From: Octopus vulgaris
Lineage: Eukaryota
NCBI GenBank assembly: GCA_951406725.2
Contig: OX597825.1
Coordinates: 60,760,001-60,824,000, forward strand
DNA length: 64,000 nt
Direction: 5' to 3'
The number at the start of each line of letters is the position of its first letter. Positions within the stretch are counted from its first letter, which is position 1. Below the pieces are notes generated by a model, which did no database searches, had not been told where the DNA came from, and saw only the letters and a list, made by a program, of their open reading frames with translations. This document shows, piece after piece, positions 55,995 through 64,000 of the stretch. A program made the translations under genes and the position numbers.

Positions 55995-56607
55995 ATAATA
56001 ATAATAATAATAATACGACCACCACCATTACTACTACTACCACCGCCATCATCACCACCACTACTACTACTACCACTACCCTTACTACTACCACCACCAC
56101 CACAACCACTATCATCACCACCACCACCACCACCACCACCACCACTACTACTACTACTACCATCACTATCACCATTACTACCCTAACTACCAACAACACC
56201 ACCAACACTACCACTACTACTACCAATACTACTAACACCACCATCATCACTAATACCACTATCACCACCACCACCACCACCACCACTACTGCTACTGCTA
56301 CTACTACTACTACTGACACTGCTACTGCTGCTGCTGCTAATGTTGCTACTACTAAAATAACAACAAGATCGACAACTAATATTCTGTTACAACAATAAAA
56401 CCTACAAAGGCCTCAACAAAAACAGTGACTGCAACATACAGTTATTTTTACAACAACATCGATAATAACAACATATTTTACAACGACAACAACAATAACA
56501 ACAACAACAGCAACAGCAGCTTCAATTCCTATTGCAACAGCAACAACGATAAAAGCAATAACAACATTAACAAAGGCAGCAATGGCGAAAACACCATCGA
56601 ACTGTAA
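53106..56607. repeat. 3.5-kb mosaic of degenerate trinucleotide repeats (GAT/GGT, then CAT/CTA/CAC/CAA) with internal tandem duplications
   Basis: Directly visible; a ~215-bp unit is duplicated at ~54930 and ~55147, and a ~130-bp unit at ~55860 and ~55993. Confidence 0.93.
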
Positions 56608-57692
56608 CATCCTGTTTCGTCTTTCCTTAAAATCTCCACCTGTCCATAAAACACAACATTATGATCATTGCTCTTATACCTTAACAAGGCAAGTAATTTG
56701 GCATTCAACTTCCTGTCTTATAAGTTAGCTTTGTATCTCAGATTAACAAAAAAAAAAAAAAAAAAGAAAGAAGAAAATGAATGTCTTCGCGAGAATTCTG
56801 AAAGTAAGCGGTAGGTTTCCTCGCCAAAGAAATCAAAGTTAATAAATACAACCGTAAACTTACAGAACACTTGATTGGAAAATTCTTTTATGCGAATTAT
56901 CGCAAAGGCTACAATCTAAAGACTGTAAATTGTCGGTTTGGTATGGTTCCAGTTTTCTATCAGCATTTACGACAACGTTTGGCATTCTCAATGATATTGT
57001 TGAAATCTTGAGTCAAAATTAAGATGTATGATTCTTACTTCTGGGAAAATAACATACAACACCCTTTTTCATACGTGCGAATGAAATGTGCTTTAATGCA
57101 ACTGTAAAGAGAGAAAGTACGAGTGGTTTGATTTTCATTTACTTCTTTTCTCTGTTCTGATCACTAACTCACTCTAATACAGTTACTGTTAATCGTATTA
57201 TAACTTCTATTTTTACACCCTTCATTCCATGACAGAGTAAAGATATACGCAGAAATCTATACATAAACAGTTGTTTTCATACCAGTTATTTACAAACATC
57301 AAATTTTTCAAGGAACATTGCATTAAATTTTGATTACAGGCCTAAGTTTAGTTTCAATTTCCGTGCACCGATATTTTAAAATATCACGTCATTTTAATCT
57401 CATGTTATGCGATAGCGAGAGTTTAGCTGACTGAATTAAACATATTTGTCGGCTTGACAGTGTGATTAAGGAGTTCGTTTCCTAAATACTTGGATTCAGT
57501 AAAGCACCTGAGTATCAACAGCAATGATCCACAATGGCGATCATTGAATTGTGTCTAAAATTTTGAATGATTGTACAGTGCAATTTATAGTAACTGGGTT
57601 GCATATAAATATTCAATTCGTTACTTTTCATCACATTTCCCTTCATATGCAATCTTTCAACAAAAATATAAAACAGGGAAAACGAGTATGTT

Positions 57693-57917
57693 GTTACTCT
57701 CTTACTCTTGTACTCTTTTACTTGTTTCAGTCATTGACTGCGGCCATGCTGGAGCACTGCCTTTTGTCTATGTAAGCCTAGTACTTATTCTATCGGTCTC
57801 ATTTACCGAACCGCTAAGTTGCGGGGACGTAAACACACCACCATCTGTTGTCAAAGGATGTTGGGGGGACAAAAACAGACACACAAACATATACCCACAC
57901 ATACATACTCATATACA

Positions 57918-57985
<68 letters not shown>

Positions 57986-58170
57986 CATATACATATACAT
58001 GTATACGACGGGCCTCTTTCAGTTTCCGTCTACCAAATCTACTCACAAGGCTTTCGTCGGCTCGAGGTTATAGTAGAAGACACTTGCCCAAGGTACCATG
58101 CAGTGGGACTGAACCCGGAACCATGTGGTTGGTGAGCAAGCTACTTACCACACAACCACTCCTGCACCTA
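57693..58170 (-). mobile_element. SINE family A, near full length, small internal deletion
   Basis: Reverse complement of the 40221-40660 type. Confidence 0.93.
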
Positions 58171-59999
58171 TACTTAATATAATTTGCATAATGACTGACC
58201 TTTCAAAAGTTTGGACTCGGCAGGGAAATTATTTTAAATAAAAGTAAATCTGGGTAATAAATATGATGTGAAACACTACTCTGAAGTAAATACCTTCTAC
58301 TATAGATTTAGTGCGGTCAGTCTTGTGAGAAAAATTTGATTGACAGAAACTGTATGGAAACTTACCGAAGGGTTTTCTTGGGTGGTATATTTAATCTATG
58401 ACTAGTTTAACACAGCAATCTGATGTCTTGGATGTCTTTTGAAGGGTCTATTCGATTACAAGCCTTCAGATCATGTCTTCGATTTCAAAATAACTCCCTC
58501 TCTTCCTCTAAGTAGAGGTTTCAGAAGTTTTGAAAAGGTACATGGGGACAACGATATTTTCCCCTTAAACTACATAATAAAACCTTTATTTCATATATGT
58601 TTCTTTTATTGGTATTAGTAAAGATTTAAACGCTGAATAAATTCACGATACAAGTTTTTGCTAACTATAGAACTATATTATCTGACAATCTTCATCGTTT
58701 ATATCATATACTGCATCATATAACAGTTATAGACGTGAACACTTGATGCTAGGTCTTTTGTGAAATTATTTCTTTGCTCAGTTTCGCCCCATTACTCAGC
58801 TCCAAGACACATCCCGTGCACACTTGATTTATTACGGTCTTTCACACTTGAGCAAATCTTCATAATTAAATTGCATATTACCAATTTTATGTTAAAATCT
58901 GTTTTAACGGCTTTCTCAGTGTTATCCTTTACCGAGTCGTTGTTATTAAGCCATCGGATAACCCTGATTGAATAAACCATACAGTGAAAATAATCTTAGC
59001 CGTGGAAATAATCATAGCCGTGAAAATAGCATAGTATTCGTAGGCATCGCACACCAACGACCACATTATCCAGTCTCTTCTTTCTCTTAAATTATAATGA
59101 GAGACTTCGCTGCTAGTTCCAGCAGATTGCAAGAACACGTAGATGACGACCACATAGCGCCGCTGGTTATCACTTCATGTGGTCGCCAATATACGTAAGT
59201 AATCTTACTGTCGTTTAGATATCAAACAATAACCACTATGCGTTAATACAACAACACCAATAAACAATGGGCTCTACTCGAAATATTATTATTGTCTTTG
59301 AGATAATAGCCTTAAGCTATTTTCTCGTAAATATAAACGCCAAAATCACTTCATATGTATTAATAATAAATGAAGACATTTCTCAGAAACCAACCTCGAC
59401 CGAGTATATATTTATACTTTTTCTTTCTCTTCTAATGTTAGCCTAGAAGTAAATTACTGTTCCATTGTTTTAATCGTAATCTGAAGTAGATATTTCTATG
59501 TTCAGAGTTGTCAGGGAAACATCTCCACTGTATTGTTATATGTCTGTCTATCTCTCTGTCTCTCCCTCTTTCTCTCTCTCTCTCTCTATCTCTCTTTCTA
59601 CACCCACATGCGCGCGCGTGCGCACACACACACGTGTGCACATATATATATGGAGCAAAAGTACTGGATATTCAGTATTCAACACGTGGAAAAATTATGA
59701 GTTGAAAATATGTGGAAAACATATAAAAAGTGGAAGAGAAATGCCTTCGTTTCACGACGATACATCGAAGAGGCCAAGGGAATAGAAGATAGAAGACATG
59801 CACCCAACACCAGAGCTGAAGACACCTCCGAAAGGCGGGGCCTCACCACGTCAAAACGGTAGAGGAGTAGGGGCCGAAACTGGACGTGGTTCCTCCTGAT
59901 GATGTCTTGAGCTAACTGGATCCTATAAAGGAGCTGTTGAGGTAGCAGACCACGAAACACGGTTGTAATTCCTAGACATTTTTTATATGTATATACATA

Positions 60000-60473
60000 T
60001 TTTATGGATGTCTTGATATCCAATCGGTTTTCACAATTTAAATTAGCTTTTCAAGGGACAAAGGGGTCTTGCCATTTTGGTTTCTTGAAAAATAAGAAGG
60101 AGTCTAGAGTGTGGACAAAGCAAGGCAACAGGTGGCAAGGGGGACAACTAACTACTCAGTATAATTTATGAAAGAGGAACGTGCAAGGATCAGGTAGACA
60201 AATTTGTTTATTAAGGTGTGGTCTGTACTTCTGTATAAACAGGTTTTCCTTGTTTAGGTGTTCTTGTAAGGAGACTGAATCTTTGCATTGGTATAATGGA
60301 AAGATATGGAAATTCGGCGTTTTATTTCTTGTGCATCTGTCGATATGTTCGCTCAGGGCTATCTGCCTGTATAGAGGAAAACGAATCTGTCATTTATGTC
60401 CCACACAATTGCGGCCACAGCCTGAGCAGGTTAGGACATAGATAAGGTTCTGGGAAGCACATGTGAAGTTGGT
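60000..60473 (-). mobile_element. Penelope-like (Neptune-like) GIY-YIG remnant and 3' flank
   Basis: Minus strand: TNFTCASQNLIYVLTCSGCGRNCVG / QIRFPLYRQIALSEHIDRCTRNKTPNFHIFPLYQCKDSVSLQEHLNKENLFIQKYRPHLN. Confidence 0.9.
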
Positions 60474-60548
60474 GTGTGTGTGTGTGTGCGTGCGTGTGTG
60501 TGTGTGTAAGTGTATAATATTTATACACAAAAGTGGCGAAAAATTAAC

Positions 60549-60800
60549 AGGACGCCTTACATGCTAGAGAGGGAAGCCGAACCCAAACCACGAAAAATGT
60601 AATTCCAAAGAGAATGAAAACAACAATTATTTACAGTTAATTCCAGACTCGAGTCTCTATATTATTTGTATTATTTATTCATTAATACAGACATTCGAGT
60701 TTGAGATTAACTATAAATAAGTGTTGTTTTAATAATCTTTGGAATTACCTTTTTTCGTGGTTTGAGTTTGGCTGCCCTCTCTAGCATGTAAGGCATCCTA
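60549..60800. repeat. ~115-bp-arm fold-back palindrome (MITE- or PLE-like)
   Basis: aggacgccttacatgctagagaggg...ccacgaaaaa.gtaattccaaaga versus tctttggaattac.tttttcgtgg...ccctctctagcatgtaaggcatcct. Confidence 0.88.
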
Positions 60801-60925
60801 TAAAGGGTCGCCTCTTTTGTGTATAAATATTATGCACTTTTATGTATGGAAATATGTTGTCTACTGACTTTTATTACGCATGCTATGAAATTTTTCCTAA
60901 ATTTTCTACCCTTTAATCTTTCACA

Positions 60926-61002
<77 letters not shown>

Positions 61003-61005
<3 letters not shown>

Positions 61006-61366
61006 TACGAGCAAAACGCCCCCCGTCCAATAAACAGTGCTGAGTTGTCAAACATTTAAACCAAATTCTCTCAAAACATCCTGTCCGACCGTCCCATTTG
61101 AGAAACACTGATTTAACCTCAATTTGAGACACCACCAAGAGAAAAAATAAAGATAGACTTTTCTTCTATTCCAAAGAAAAACGATTTCCCACGGCTTTAT
61201 CGATCGCATTCTCTCCTGGAATTGATTTTTGTAATTTTTTCAAAACTTATACACTCCCTGATACCGTCGGTATCTACATATTAAATTTGAGCGCAATCGG
61301 ATGGTGGATGCCGAGATCCGAGAAGCACACACACTCACACACAGACAGAATGGATTTTATATAAGA
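61003..61366 (-). mobile_element. non-autonomous Helitron-like element, 5' part
   Basis: Minus strand starts A|TCTTATATAAAA..ctgtctgtgtgtg..ccgattgcgctcaaattt, same layout as the 5' end of the 26583 Helitron; 3' CTAG not seen. Confidence 0.65.
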
Positions 61367-62222
61367 TAAGAAATTTTGAACTTAGTTCACGAACTAACTT
61401 GGTGACTACAGGTTGGAAACTAAGAAGCTTCAGATCAGTTTGGATAGAGAATGAGTAGATGAGAATTTCATATCTTTTCGAGAAGCTTTAGTGACTTTTT
61501 AACGTAAAATGAACATGTTCGAGGTAAGACTGGAATTAAAACTTACGTGTTTCTATGGAATTATTTCCGAAATGATAGGGTTTCTGATGTAATGTATTTC
61601 TCGAACAACAATAAGGTTTCCTAGTATTGAGTTTTCAGAAGAAAGCTAAATTGCTTCGTGCGTGTACTCGCGCGCGTTTGTATATGTGTGTATGTGTTTA
61701 CAGAAAAATAGATTGGGAGAGAGAGAGAGAGAGAGGGTTAACAAGAGAAAGAGAGAGAGAGAGAGTGAAAAAGAGAAAGACGAAGAGAAGAGAAAGAGAG
61801 TGAGTAAGTAAGACCGAAGGAGTGATCGAATTTAAATAATGCTGTAGATTTGGGTTCAACTGTTCCCAGCTTCTCAATATCTTATCGAAACTATGTGTCA
61901 TCTACATATAGTAAAATAGCACCCAGGAATTTTACTGATTGAGTCCTTTGCAATGAAAACACAAAAATAACTGTATAAAATACCCTTAATCCCCAAGTAT
62001 GACATTCAGAGGGTTCTAGGAGCATTGATATCTGGTACTCATGGTTCCACTCGAGTCCTGTGTTTTTTTTTACATTTCAAATAGAACTACATTTGCTAAT
62101 GTCCTTTTTCTCGGTGGAATTTGGACGGAGAATTAACTGATATTTCTAGCAAATCTAGCTAGCTTGTTGGATTATTCTTGACAGTTCTGTATAGAATTAG
62201 AACAAGTAAATTTTGGACGACG

Positions 62223-62576
62223 TTATTCCTGCCGTGTCTGAGACCCCCTTCAGTCACGATACAGACCATAGGATTTCACCTAGAAAGTTACCCTCCCAGG
62301 CATAAGTCTGGGAAAAGTTGTTTATGGAAGACCTGCAGTCGCCCATACTTACCAACCTACCCTCTCCACGCCACCGGTGTTATCCAAGGGAAAAGGCAAA
62401 GGCCGATACAGCTTCGCACCTGTGACGTCGCAACTCATTTCTACAGCTGAGTGAACTGGAGCAACGGGAAATAAAGTGTCTTGCTCAAGAACACAACACG
62501 CAGCTCGGTCCGGGATTCGAGCTCACAACCTCATGATCGTAAGCTCGACGCCCCAACTACTGAGCCATGCACCTTC
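62223..62576 (-). mobile_element. SINE family B, full length
   Basis: Reverse complement of the 48368-48700 type. Confidence 0.92.
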
Positions 62577-63130
62577 TTTGTGTGTACATCCTGTTTTATT
62601 TTGAAACACAATCCGGACTACATTTTCCTATTTGTCGTTCATGTTCTTTTCACACACAGAAACACTCACTACACATACGCACGCGTACACACACATTCAC
62701 ACTTGCACACTTATCTAATATTACACACTTATCTATGCCAAATTCTATGCCTATATCTTTGCTGAAGTGTCATACAGTCTGTATTGAAGAGTCTATCTCG
62801 TTTTCATTCTTACTCAAAAGCTTCAGATCATCCATGTAGAGCAAATGGTTAATTTTCCCCTTACTGTTTCTGAACTGATACCCTGCCTTTGCCCTCCTTC
62901 ATACTAAGCTGAGAGGTGGAGATCAAACATAGGACAAATATTAGAGGAGACAACGAGATCCATAGAAAATTCCTATTTTGATAATAACTTTTCCTAAAAG
63001 TGTGTCACCTGATCGACTTTCCTTTTCTTTATGCTACGGCTAATTAATTATCTTATGTTGTCTGATATACTGAATATACTCAAACATTCACTTATCCATG
63101 AGTGTGGGATCATGTCATAGGCTTCCCTCC

Positions 63131-63139
63131 TATTATTAC

Positions 63140-63230
<91 letters not shown>

Positions 63231-63500
63231 GATGTTATTGTTATTATTGTTATTATTATTATTATAATTATTTTATCATTATTATTATTATTAGAGCCAT
63301 CATTGTCAATTTTGTTGTTGCTACTATTTTTAATTATTTATTTTATTTTCATTTTATTTCTTTTTTTTAATTTATATATCATTTCATTATTATGTGTAAT
63401 AATACCCCCACACTTAATGTCTATCTCTGTATTGTCCTCCTCATCTTTCGCCCTCGTGGCAAATAAATGAAGTCGTTACTATTATTATTATTATTGTTAC

Positions 63501-63581
<81 letters not shown>

Positions 63582-63585
63582 CATC
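63131..63585. repeat. (TTA)n/(TTG)n microsatellite cluster
   Basis: Directly visible. Confidence 0.95.
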
Positions 63586-63895
63586 ATAGAAACAAAATGG
63601 CATTGTCTTGAGTATATTCAAAATAAGGACAAATTTATTTTAAAGATCGAGAAGAAGTAAATTCCAAAAACAATATAGCAAATAGAAAGACACGAATATT
63701 ATAAGCATTGAATATAAGAATTCATTACACTCTCATGATTTCAAAATTCGAAGCAACATGACTAGTCTTGAAAATGCCATCATCAATATGAGCAAGTGTC
63801 AAATCAATTATTGGATGCTTTGAGTTTCAGTTTGGGTTCATTGGTTTTTCCAAAAGACTATTTACTTACATACGCACTCCTATACATTTATAATA

Positions 63896-63949
<54 letters not shown>

Positions 63950-64000
63950 TAAATTATTATTTTCATTGAAACTTCTTCACTGTTATCGTTCTGTTAACGT

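Noticed and set aside
53106-56607. Long ORFs (200-256 aa), including acidic D/E-rich and Met-rich frames (reflectin- or biomineral-like?)
   Set aside because: They are open in several frames on both strands because of trinucleotide repeats; there is no reflectin motif and no splice or codon evidence.
59097-59198. ATG-initiated + strand frame MRDFAASSSRLQEH... ending at GTAAGT
   Set aside because: Short, no homology recognised, no partner exon found; expected by chance.

Overview
AT-rich, microsatellite-saturated eukaryotic DNA with no recognisable intact host gene. The repeat families resemble those I know from octopus genomes; that taxon call is an inference. Almost all ORFs in the supplied track are translations of (TA)n, (CA)n, (TACA)n or trinucleotide repeats. 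The supportable content is mobile DNA: about 14 copies of one tRNA-headed SINE with an internal (TA)n(TG)n tract, several other SINE families, decayed CR1/L2-like and RTE LINEs, a probable Dong/R4 3' end inside (TAA)n, a decayed Tc1/mariner, two non-autonomous Helitrons, and at least four Penelope-like element (PLE) remnants with GIY-YIG endonuclease fragments. The most notable hidden layer is a set of sequence-unrelated minimal hammerhead-ribozyme motifs (CUGANGA...GAAAC-short, usually palindromic loop-GUH). Several sit in short ORF-less fold-back elements, and a possible circularly permuted (type II-like) version recurs in another inverted-repeat family. A few weak minus-strand exon candidates are noted at low confidence.
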